Source: a virus. From it: a stretch of 64,000 nt of DNA. The notes below the pieces were generated by a model that did no database searches, was not told the origin of the DNA, and saw nothing but the letters and a program-made list of their open reading frames with translations. Each line of letters starts with the position of its first letter. The first letter of the stretch is position 1. The translations under genes were made by a program, and so were the position numbers. The stretch lies in IMG/VR virus record IMGVR_UViG_3300005617_000005, positions 1-64,000 of that record; one strand, 5' to 3'. Below are positions 17,304-25,444 of this stretch, in pieces.

Positions 17304-17573
17304 ATGAGCAAAGCTACGTGCGCTTTCAAGGGATGCTCTTGTCCGGGAAAATACACCGAGCAGAGCAAGACCTGGTGCGGCTACCACCGCCCCTCGAAGC
17401 CGAAACGCGGCTTTGCGCTGGTCTCTCCCGCGAAGCGCTCGTCGTACGGCCGCAAGGGCGCGAAGAAAGCACACGCGACGGGCCGCGCGCATCGATGGAC
17501 GCAACGTGAAGCGTCGAAAGCGGCGCGAACGGGTTGGGACAAGACACCGAGACGAAGAAGGAGAAAATCATGA
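17304..17573 (+). CDS. KGG-type stress-protein motif fused to a small Cys/His motif
   Basis: RGFALVSPAKRSSYGRKGAKKAHATGRAHRWTQREASKAARTG resembles KGG-repeat proteins. Confidence 0.6.
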   Translation: MSKATCAFKGCSCPGKYTEQSKTWCGYHRPSKPKRGFALVSPAKRSSYGRKGAKKAHATGRAHRWTQREASKAARTGWDKTPRRRRRKS

Positions 17574-17731
17574 CGCTACAAATTCTACCGGTCGTTGCTG
17601 TCATCCTTGGCCTGATCCTCTACTACCCGGACAAGCTCGGCGGAAAAACGAACGCGGTCGGTCTGAAACTTTTCTTCGCCGGGGTCCTTGCATTCTTGTT
17701 CTCGGGTGCGCATAGCATCTCGATTCACTGA
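17570..17731 (+). CDS. Small two-TM protein
   Basis: AGGAG RBS, ATGA overlap, two hydrophobic helices. Confidence 0.6.
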   Translation: MTLQILPVVAVILGLILYYPDKLGGKTNAVGLKLFFAGVLAFLFSGAHSISIH

Positions 17732-17741
17732 GGAGACCGCG

Positions 17742-18047
17742 ATGGATTTCGGGGATGCAATTCGCGCATTGAAAAGTGGAAAGCGCGTTTCGCGCACTGG
17801 CTGGAACGGCAAAGGCATGTACCTGTTCTGGGGGCGTGCAATCGCGCTTGAACATCTGCCGCACGGCGTGAAAATCAATACAGGGGCGTACGGCCATCCA
17901 CCTCCCGAAGAAGTCGTGAAGATCATGGACAACGAGGGCCCCACGCCATCGATCTGCATGAAGACAGCGCAGAACACGATCACCGTCGGCTGGCTTGCGT
18001 CGCAGACCGACATGCTCGCTGAGGATTGGGAGGTCGTCGATGGCTAG
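17742..18047 (+). CDS. DUF2829 (Tad2-like) protein
   Basis: MDFGDAIRALKSGKRVSRTGWNGKGMYL...WLASQTDMLAEDW; GAGGAG RBS. Confidence 0.85.
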   Translation: MDFGDAIRALKSGKRVSRTGWNGKGMYLFWGRAIALEHLPHGVKINTGAYGHPPPEEVVKIMDNEGPTPSICMKTAQNTITVGWLASQTDMLAEDWEVVDG

Positions 18048-18513
18048 CGGAAGAATGCATCCAGTCGCCGAGCGTGCGCTTCACGCACTCGGCAAAGCCG
18101 GCCGGAAGGCGCTCGAGCGCGCCGGCGTCGAAGCAGCAACCACGCTCGCCGACAGTCTGCTCGAAGACGTCGAGCAGAGCAGCGGCGGGCTTTCGGAGAG
18201 AGCACGCGACGCACGCGCGAAGATCAACGACAGAAAAGAGGAGCACATGGGGAAACGATCGAAGAAGCGAGCAGCCGACGAAGAAGATGACGACGACGTC
18301 GAAGAGGAAGAGGTCGAAGAGGACGAAGACGAGGACGAAGACGACGACGAGGAGCTCGACGCTACCGAGTTGATCGACGACGCCGAGGTCATGGTCCGCA
18401 ACGCGCTCTACATCCTCGAAGCCGGCATCAAGACCGGCAAGGTGTCCAAGAAGCTCGTGGCCAAGCTCGGCGACGTGCACGAAGAAATCATCGAGTTGCT
18501 CGAAGACGAATGA
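18040..18513 (+). CDS. Hypothetical protein with poly-acidic tract
   Basis: Long D/E run. Confidence 0.65.
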   Translation: MASGRMHPVAERALHALGKAGRKALERAGVEAATTLADSLLEDVEQSSGGLSERARDARAKINDRKEEHMGKRSKKRAADEEDDDDVEEEEVEEDEDEDEDDDEELDATELIDDAEVMVRNALYILEAGIKTGKVSKKLVAKLGDVHEEIIELLEDE

Positions 18514-19736
18514 TCGACGTACCCGACGAGAAGACCATCACGGGGCTCACGCGAAGCGAGCTGATCGCGATGGTCTACTCGTTGAAGAACGAACGTGACG
18601 AGAAAGAGCGCACGATCGTCAACTTTGGAAGCTGGATTGACCGTACAGGGTTTCGCACCGTGTATTCGCCCGGCGAGGTCGTTGGCGCTTGGGACGACGC
18701 GCGCGAGAAAGCAAAAACGCCGTGAGCTTCGCCCGCAAAGTCGCACGCCGCGCGCTTCGCAAAGAGTTGAAGAAGCCCGGCATCGGCAACCAGCGCGTCA
18801 TCTGCAAAGAACACGGCAAGAAGCCGTGGCGCGGTGATCTCGTTTGTGGGAAGTGCGGCAAGATTCACTTCATCGTCGAGGAAACCGGCGAGCATCCGTC
18901 GATGCCCGACGATGTCTGCCCGTGCGGCGCGATCATGTTTCCGGTGCGCAACGAAGCGGGCGAGTTGTTGAAGGACATTCCATTCTTCGGCCGCGTCGCT
19001 TGTCGACAATGCGCGTTGGCAGAAGCAGAGAAACAGAAAAATGCCGAAGCCGACGCCAAAAAACTCATCGAGCTCAAACTCGAACCGCCCTAGCCAGTGG
19101 CAGCGCTGGCGGAAGAGCACGCCGAAGAGTCGCATCGCAGCGGACAAGGCGATGATCGATGCCATCCGCGAGCTTTTCAAGATGGTGCCCCTCTACGACA
19201 GCGATCCGCTTTGCAGCGATCGAAAAGTGGGCGAGCGCTTCGAGCGACCGATCTACACCGAGATTCGCGGTCGTGGCATGCGCACGCGCTATGAGCTGTC
19301 TTGACGCGTCAGGTGCGCATCGCTAGATGAGTCGTTGGGGCATGATCGATTCCGACGTTCCGACGAAGCCGAGCGAGCACGGTCCGTGCGACCATCGCGA
19401 CATGGCCGGTGATTCCCTCGTCGAGTCGAGAGGCAACAGGCACCGCTGTACGTCGTGCTCGGCGGAGTGGACCGTTGGACCGCACGAGGTCGTCATCGTG
19501 AACGACGAAACGATCGATACGAGGGCTGCATGACGGACAAGAAAATTATCGGCGGTGAAGATCTACGAGCACTTCTCGTCTTCAAGCCCAAAGCCATTCA
19601 CGGAGCCTTCGGCTCGTTGTACGCGTGTGGCGGCACGCGTGAGATTTGGAGCGAAGACGAGCAGAAGAATGTGGTGTGCAGCGGTTGCTGCGATTGCCGT
19701 GAGGAGCCACTCGACGTCGACGAGAAGATCTCGTAA
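18510..19736 (+). other. Cluster of small hypothetical genes, several Cys-rich (18510-18725, 18722-19093, 19041-19304, 19327-19533, 19530-19736)
   Basis: Coupled ORFs with CxxC motifs. Confidence 0.55.
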
Positions 19737-19839
19737 AGTGCTTCTCTAGGCCCGTCCGACCAGCGCGAACAAGCAAGAGGCGCAAGCCTCACCAACGCCA
19801 TTGGGTACTCCTGCGTTGGTCACTCGGGCCGCATTCTTC

Positions 19840-20289
19840 ATGCCCACGCAAATCGTTCCGCACCTCTGGCAAGGATCGCAGCCCATCGAGGGCACGGCGG
19901 TATCGAAAGCTGGTTACCGCGTGCTCGTGCTCTGCGCAGACGAGTACCAACCGCCGATGGATCGCTTCGTCGGGCTCGAGGACGTCATCTACGCGCCGAA
20001 CGACGACGGTTTCAGACCGTTCTCGCCGCTCCAAAAGGTCACCGCGCAGATGGCCGCAGGTCGCGTCGCCGACTACATCCGTCAGGGCAAGAATGTTCTC
20101 GTGACGTGCATGCAGGGGCGCAACCGCAGCGGGCTCGTCACCGCGCTCGCGCTCCACAATCTCTACGGGTGGGGCGGGACGCGGTGCGTCGACCACGTGC
20201 AATCGCGTCGTGCAAACGCGCTCACGAACGATGAATTCACGCGCTACCTGCGCTCGATCCCGGCAAAACAGTTCGCTCGGACCGGCTGA
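19840..20289 (+). CDS. Dual-specificity/tyrosine protein phosphatase
   Basis: PTQIVPHLWQG N-terminus and VLVTCMQGRNRSG (CX5R) active site. Confidence 0.85.
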   Translation: MPTQIVPHLWQGSQPIEGTAVSKAGYRVLVLCADEYQPPMDRFVGLEDVIYAPNDDGFRPFSPLQKVTAQMAAGRVADYIRQGKNVLVTCMQGRNRSGLVTALALHNLYGWGGTRCVDHVQSRRANALTNDEFTRYLRSIPAKQFARTG

Positions 20290-20307
20290 TCCGGGTAGCA
20301 TGCACCC

Positions 20308-20508
20308 ATGAAGCTTGTGGCCCTGAAAACGCCCGCGATCGTGCTCGTCGACGGGCACCACGGGCGGCAGTGGACCGCTCAAGACGTCGAGACCGGTGCC
20401 GTCGTGCGCGTTACGCTCGTCGATCGCGGGCAAGCCTCTGAAAACGAGCCCGAAACGATCGAGATCGACGTCGAGGAGCTTGCGCTTCCCGGAAAGGCGA
20501 AGCCGTGA
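20308..20508 (+). CDS. Hypothetical protein
   Basis: TAGCAT lies 6 nt upstream; coupled to the next gene. Confidence 0.6.
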   Translation: MKLVALKTPAIVLVDGHHGRQWTAQDVETGAVVRVTLVDRGQASENEPETIEIDVEELALPGKAKP

Positions 20509-21083
20509 AATTCAGCCGACTGCGTGAAATCGTCCGCTCCTTCTTCGGCGCCGGCGCGGAGCTCGCGAAGGATGCCGACACCAAGCACTCCGTCTCGATC
20601 GAGCACCACTACCACGTCGAATGTCTCGATCGAGACGGCAACCTGAAGTGGGAGGCGGACTTCGACAATCTCGTCGTCACCGCCGGCTTGAACAAATACC
20701 TCGACGCGACGTTGAAGACCGGTCTCGCGTCGCCGTCCTGGTTCGTTTTCCTCGTCACGGGCCCCGGCGGCAGCAACACATACGCGCCCGCGGACACGAT
20801 GGCGTCGCACGCGGGTTGGGCGGAGAACACAACGTACTCGCAAGGCACGCGCCCCGCGTTCACTCCCGGCTCGATCGCCGCTGGCTCCGTCGACAACAGC
20901 GCCGCGAAGGCCAGCTTCAGCATCACCGGCACTGTCACGATCGCTGGCGCGGGCATGGTCGACAACTCGACGAAGGGCGGCTCGACGGGCACGCTCCTCG
21001 GCGTCGGAAACTTCACCGGTGGTGACCGCGCCGCCGCGAACGGTGACACGATCAACGTCACCGTCACGGCCTCGATCGCGTAA
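20505..21083 (+). CDS. Phage structural (fibre/appendage-associated) protein
   Basis: NLVVTAGLNKYLD...GDTINVTVT; Gly/Thr/Ala beta-rich composition. Confidence 0.6.
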   Translation: MKFSRLREIVRSFFGAGAELAKDADTKHSVSIEHHYHVECLDRDGNLKWEADFDNLVVTAGLNKYLDATLKTGLASPSWFVFLVTGPGGSNTYAPADTMASHAGWAENTTYSQGTRPAFTPGSIAAGSVDNSAAKASFSITGTVTIAGAGMVDNSTKGGSTGTLLGVGNFTGGDRAAANGDTINVTVTASIA

Positions 21084-21088
21084 GCGCC

Positions 21089-21910
21089 GTGGGCTTCCAG
21101 AACCAAAACGATCTCATCGCGGGCCTCATCAACGGTCAGCGCTTCAACATCTTCAAGGCATCGCAGACGTCCGAGGGCGCAGGCACATGGCACTCGCTCT
21201 GGAAAGCGATTGGCTCGCCCGCGGCCGGTGCGAACCCGCCGGCGTTCACTGCGGGCTCGGGCTACACGCCGACGCGCACGACGACGGGCGCCGTTCCGTT
21301 TACGAACCCCGCGAATCCAAAGATTTCAGCGCTCGGACGGCTTGGGCTCGCCGGCGCGACGGTTGGAGCGCTCACAATCTACGATCGTCTTTGGGCGTGC
21401 AGCGGTTTCGACACGACGGTGACGACCGCGCAAAACGTCACGACGCCGGGCAATCTCCCGAGCGGTCGCGATCCGAACACGGGCGGCGACGTCGAGCCGT
21501 GGCTTGAGGTCTACACGGCACCGGGCGCTACCGGCGCGACGTGGACGCTCACGGGCGTCGACGGCGCTGGCAATACCGGCCGCACGTGGACGTACACGCA
21601 CCCAGCGAACGCGGAGAGCGTTGGGCAAATGGCTCCGTTCGTTCCCGGAACCGCGGCAGTGCTCGGGTGCCGCCAAGTGACATCGCTCACGTGCAGCGTT
21701 TCGAGCGGCACGGCCGGAAGCGTCGGCATCACGCTCTTGCGTCGCCTCGCGGACATTCCACTCACCGCCGCGAACATCGAGCAGGTTCTCGACGCGTACG
21801 GGCTTGGGCTTCCGCAAGTCTTCGATGATTCGTGCCTCGCGTTCCTCGTTCTCTGCTCGGCGACCAACACCGGCATCATCCAAGGGCTTCTTTCGCTCCC
21901 GCAGAACTAA
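21089..21910 (+). CDS. Putative structural protein, beta-rich
   Basis: 273 aa, T/G/A-rich, in an operon with fibre-like genes. Confidence 0.6.
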   Translation: MGFQNQNDLIAGLINGQRFNIFKASQTSEGAGTWHSLWKAIGSPAAGANPPAFTAGSGYTPTRTTTGAVPFTNPANPKISALGRLGLAGATVGALTIYDRLWACSGFDTTVTTAQNVTTPGNLPSGRDPNTGGDVEPWLEVYTAPGATGATWTLTGVDGAGNTGRTWTYTHPANAESVGQMAPFVPGTAAVLGCRQVTSLTCSVSSGTAGSVGITLLRRLADIPLTAANIEQVLDAYGLGLPQVFDDSCLAFLVLCSATNTGIIQGLLSLPQN

Positions 21911-23020
21911 ATGGGCACGCCGGCGCTTTCTCGACGCTATCCAATGAACGGCGGCGCGAGCGCCATGTACATCGGCGTCGACAAATTCACGCGGTGGCAA
22001 TTCTCGCAGAGCCCAGAAGCGCAGCCCGAGTTCTTCGGCAACATCTACGAGGACTCCGAAACGCTGTCCGCAACCGCGACGATGACCGAAACGTCAGAGC
22101 GTGTGGTGGAAACTGCACTGCCGCTCGTGTCAACGGCCGCGATCACAGAGAGCTCGATTGCCACAAGAGAGGCGACGCAGCCGCTCGCCGCCACGAGCGG
22201 CTTTGCTCCGGCCGCGATCGAGACCATCGAGGTCGCCGAAACGCTTGCGGCGACCTCGAGCTTCTCGCCGGCGGCCACGCGCACCCAAGATGCCGCCGTT
22301 CCGCTCGCTGCGACAGCCGCGATCGCGGAGTCCGCAACGCGAACGCAGGACGTCGGCGTCCCGTTGGCGGGCACATCGACGTTTTCACCGTCGGCGGTCA
22401 AGACGATCGAGGCGTCGCAGGTGCTTTCGGCCACGTCCGTGCTCGCCGTCGCCGCCGTGATGGTCAAAGAGCCCACTCAAACGCTCGCAGCAACAGCCGC
22501 GATCGCGCTCGGTGCGAGCACCACACGCGACGCCGGCGTTGCACTCGCGGCCACGAGCGGTCTCTCACTGCTCGCGCAACGCGTGATCGATGCACTGCAA
22601 CCGCTTTCGGCCGTCGCCGGCGTCGCTTTCGACGGCGCGAAGGTCACCGAGGCGATTCAGGCACTCGCCGCGACCGCCGGATACAGCGCGCACGGCTACG
22701 CCGGCGCCGATCAAGACGTGGAGCTCGACGCGATCGCGGACATCGACGTCGAGCAACAGCTCGTTCTCGACGCGATCGCCGCGCTGGTCTGTACCGCGAC
22801 GTTCTCCCCAGAAGATCCGCCCGCGCCGCCGGCGGGACCACCGGTCGAACTCGTCGCGCAGGTGTACGCACTCGCTGCGTCGTGGCGAAAAATGTCGACG
22901 CCGGCGGTGCTCGCCGACCTAGAACAGCTCGAGCAGCTCGCGCGCCAGGCCGGCTACGCCGCGATCCCCGTTCTTCCCATCCTGATCGAACTCCGCGCAC
23001 GAATTCGCCGCCGGAAGTAG
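21911..23020 (+). CDS. Fibre/stalk-like protein with ~13 tandem 20-aa LAAT repeats
   Basis: Units such as LAATSGFAPAAIETIEVAET and LAATSSFSPAATRTQDAAVP. Confidence 0.7.
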   Translation: MGTPALSRRYPMNGGASAMYIGVDKFTRWQFSQSPEAQPEFFGNIYEDSETLSATATMTETSERVVETALPLVSTAAITESSIATREATQPLAATSGFAPAAIETIEVAETLAATSSFSPAATRTQDAAVPLAATAAIAESATRTQDVGVPLAGTSTFSPSAVKTIEASQVLSATSVLAVAAVMVKEPTQTLAATAAIALGASTTRDAGVALAATSGLSLLAQRVIDALQPLSAVAGVAFDGAKVTEAIQALAATAGYSAHGYAGADQDVELDAIADIDVEQQLVLDAIAALVCTATFSPEDPPAPPAGPPVELVAQVYALAASWRKMSTPAVLADLEQLEQLARQAGYAAIPVLPILIELRARIRRRK

Positions 23021-23030
23021 AATCACGGGC

Positions 23031-23654
23031 ATGCCTACCGCGCTCATCATCGGTGACAGCCACGTCGATCACAGTCCGATGGCGGCCGAATTGAAGCGGC
23101 TTCTTGAAGCGGACGGCTTCACGGTCACTGTCGGCGGCGTCGGAGGCTCGACGGCGAAGCAGTGGCTCACGACGAATCCTGTCTGCCGGCCGAAAAACGA
23201 CTGGTGCGTCGACGCAAACACGCTTCCGCAACGTCCCGATCTGCTTCTCGTGTCGCTCGGCAGCAACGACATCGCGAACATGGCCTTGAACAAACAGCGC
23301 CCCGAGCCGATCGTCGCCGACGTCGTCAAGCTCATCGCTCGCTTCGCGCCGAAAACGTCGATGTGGATCGGTCCGCCGTGGTTCCGCGACTACGGTTGGT
23401 ACAAAAATCAGTACAGCAAGCAGCTCTACGACGCCGCGCGCGCCGCCGACGTTCCGATTTTCGACTCGTGGTCGCCGACGCGCGCCGCTGTCGACGCAGG
23501 ATCAGGCGACGGCGTGCACCTCGGCGCTGAAGGATCGAAGGTCTGGGCCGCGGCTGTTGTGAAAGCGGCCAAGAAATCATTCCCGTGGCTCGCGCTCGTC
23601 GCGATCGCGGGTGCTGCGGCCGTGGCTGCGGTGGTCATTTCGCGTCGTCGCTGA
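23031..23654 (+). CDS. SGNH/GDSL hydrolase with C-terminal TM anchor
   Basis: IIGDSH, LGSND and DGVH blocks; TM followed by RRR; TAGAAT lies 7 nt upstream. Confidence 0.85.
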   Translation: MPTALIIGDSHVDHSPMAAELKRLLEADGFTVTVGGVGGSTAKQWLTTNPVCRPKNDWCVDANTLPQRPDLLLVSLGSNDIANMALNKQRPEPIVADVVKLIARFAPKTSMWIGPPWFRDYGWYKNQYSKQLYDAARAADVPIFDSWSPTRAAVDAGSGDGVHLGAEGSKVWAAAVVKAAKKSFPWLALVAIAGAAAVAAVVISRRR

Positions 23655-23661
23655 CGGGCAA

Positions 23662-23967
23662 CTAGCGCTTGAAGCCGCGCGTTGCGCGTTTGTGCCGCAC
23701 TTTTTTCTCGTCCGGCAGCGTGTCAGTGTCTACATCGTCAGCATCGTCGACCACGCCGTACGATGTCTTCACCGGCGAGAAGTATTTGTTCAAGACCCAC
23801 TCGACGAAATCGATCGCGACGTTCTCGTTCTTTGCGGGAACGAGCAGCACCGTGCGAACGTGGATGTAGTGACCCTCGACCCCCCACTTCTCTTTCGAGT
23901 TGTTCCCTGCCCGCGCGACAACCTTTCCACGTTTCTTCGTCTTCTTCTTCGACATGCTCATCTCCAT
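23662..23967 (-). CDS. Hypothetical protein downstream of the recombinase
   Basis: 101-aa ORF coupled to the recombinase stop. Confidence 0.55.
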   Translation of the reverse strand: MEMSMSKKKTKKRGKVVARAGNNSKEKWGVEGHYIHVRTVLLVPAKNENVAIDFVEWVLNKYFSPVKTSYGVVDDADDVDTDTLPDEKKVRHKRATRGFKR

Positions 23968-25124
23968 TCAATTCGACGTGCTGGATCACTTCGTTCGCCG
24001 CCCTTGCACTCGCCACGGCAACAGAAAAGGCCGACCTCTTTGCTCGTGTAGACGTGCCCGCGCGCGCACGCCGGCGGCGCCGCAGGCTCGCCGTCTGGAA
24101 GCGCGACCAGGCCCGCCAGACGACCACCTTCGTCGCGGCGGTTGTCGTCGTAGAGCGTGACCGTTTGGATGCTTCGATGCCGACTGAAGCGCTGTACGGC
24201 GCGTACGTCGCCGCCGGTTTTGTCGAGAGCGGCCGTGATCGCAGAGTGCCGAAGGCCGTGCGGGCGCGCTTTCACACCCACATCCAGACCGAGCGCCACG
24301 ATCACCGAGTAAAGGCCCTCGCCCGACAGCCGATGACCGCGGTGATTGTCGTCGAGCGCAGTGAAAAGGGGCCCTGGCGACGCTCCACGGACCGCCAGCC
24401 ACGCTTCGAGGGCCTGTTTGGTCGCCGGCGGCAGCGTGATCCACTGGCGCTCGTGGCGGCCTTTTCCGAGGATCGCCAGACCGCGCATGGCGTTGTAGTG
24501 CTTTCGATCGAGCTCGAGCACCTCTGACCGCCGTAGCGCGCAGTCGAAGAGCAGACGAACGAGCGCCGCGTCGCGCAAACCCTTGGGATCACCCCGCTCG
24601 GTAACACGTTGTAACATCGCCGAAATAGCCGCGGCACCTGGACCACGTGTGTCGCGGTACTGATCGGAGCGGATCCGGTCTACTTCGATCGACCACGCGC
24701 AGAGGCCCAGCATGCGCCCCAACTTGAGCAAAGCCTTCAGCGCAGACAAACGGCGGTTGATCGTGGCCGGTGTGAGCCGATCTTCGACCATGACGCTGCG
24801 ATAACGGAGCACGAGCGCGTTTCCGTCGCCGCTGTCGCACGCGAGCAGTCTGCGCGCCGCTTCCTCGGCGGTTGGTAACTTGAGGAATGCAGTGAAATTT
24901 TCGATGTCGCGCGTGTACGCCCGCAGTGTGTTCGGGTTTCGGCCGCGAAAGAACGCCTCCAGGAGCTCGCGCGCGCCGTTTCGCGGCGGTGCAACGCTCG
25001 GCGCTGCTATTTCCACCGCCGTCGGCACTGTTATCGCGTGATCGGACCGCGGTGAACCGCCGTCGACGGTTGCTCGAGCGAGCTCGCCGCCAGTGTTTTC
25101 GCGCAAATCCCCATCGCGCATCAC
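23958..25124 (-). CDS. int: Tyrosine recombinase/integrase
   Basis: NTLRAY..., RDAAL...LRRSE, HGLRH, HRSIQTVTLY (R-H-R-H-Y catalytic set). Exact start uncertain. Confidence 0.9.
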   Translation of the reverse strand: MMRDGDLRENTGGELARATVDGGSPRSDHAITVPTAVEIAAPSVAPPRNGARELLEAFFRGRNPNTLRAYTRDIENFTAFLKLPTAEEAARRLLACDSGDGNALVLRYRSVMVEDRLTPATINRRLSALKALLKLGRMLGLCAWSIEVDRIRSDQYRDTRGPGAAAISAMLQRVTERGDPKGLRDAALVRLLFDCALRRSEVLELDRKHYNAMRGLAILGKGRHERQWITLPPATKQALEAWLAVRGASPGPLFTALDDNHRGHRLSGEGLYSVIVALGLDVGVKARPHGLRHSAITAALDKTGGDVRAVQRFSRHRSIQTVTLYDDNRRDEGGRLAGLVALPDGEPAAPPACARGHVYTSKEVGLFCCRGECKGGERSDPARRIEWR

Positions 25125-25408
25125 GGATCACGGTACCGATAACAGTTATTTCTGCAAGCGCAGCAGTGTTTGAAGTTGACGTAACTACTTGAAATCATTG
25201 ATGAATTCGACGAAAACGACGTGATCTCTCACGGATCGCGACGATCGCGCGATCGTCGTTTGCGCCAGCACAAATGCTGCGCGCCCAGTGCGCGCGGCGT
25301 GCGAAACGCCAGCACGGAGCAACGCGCGGATCGGGTCACGGATGGATCGGCCAGTCCGCGCGCAATGTGGGGGCCTGTTTTCAGGGTCGAAAAAAGAGCG
25401 CGGCAACG

Positions 25409-25443
25409 TTGACAGATACGCTAGAGTGCATTAGTATGCACTC
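25409..25443 (+). promoter_or_regulatory. Sigma70 promoter TTGACA-N17-TAGTAT overlapped by operator-like inverted repeat GAGTGCAT-N4-ATGCACTC
   Basis: Read directly; ATG 25445 lies 7 nt after the -10. Confidence 0.75.
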
Positions 25444-25444
25444 A

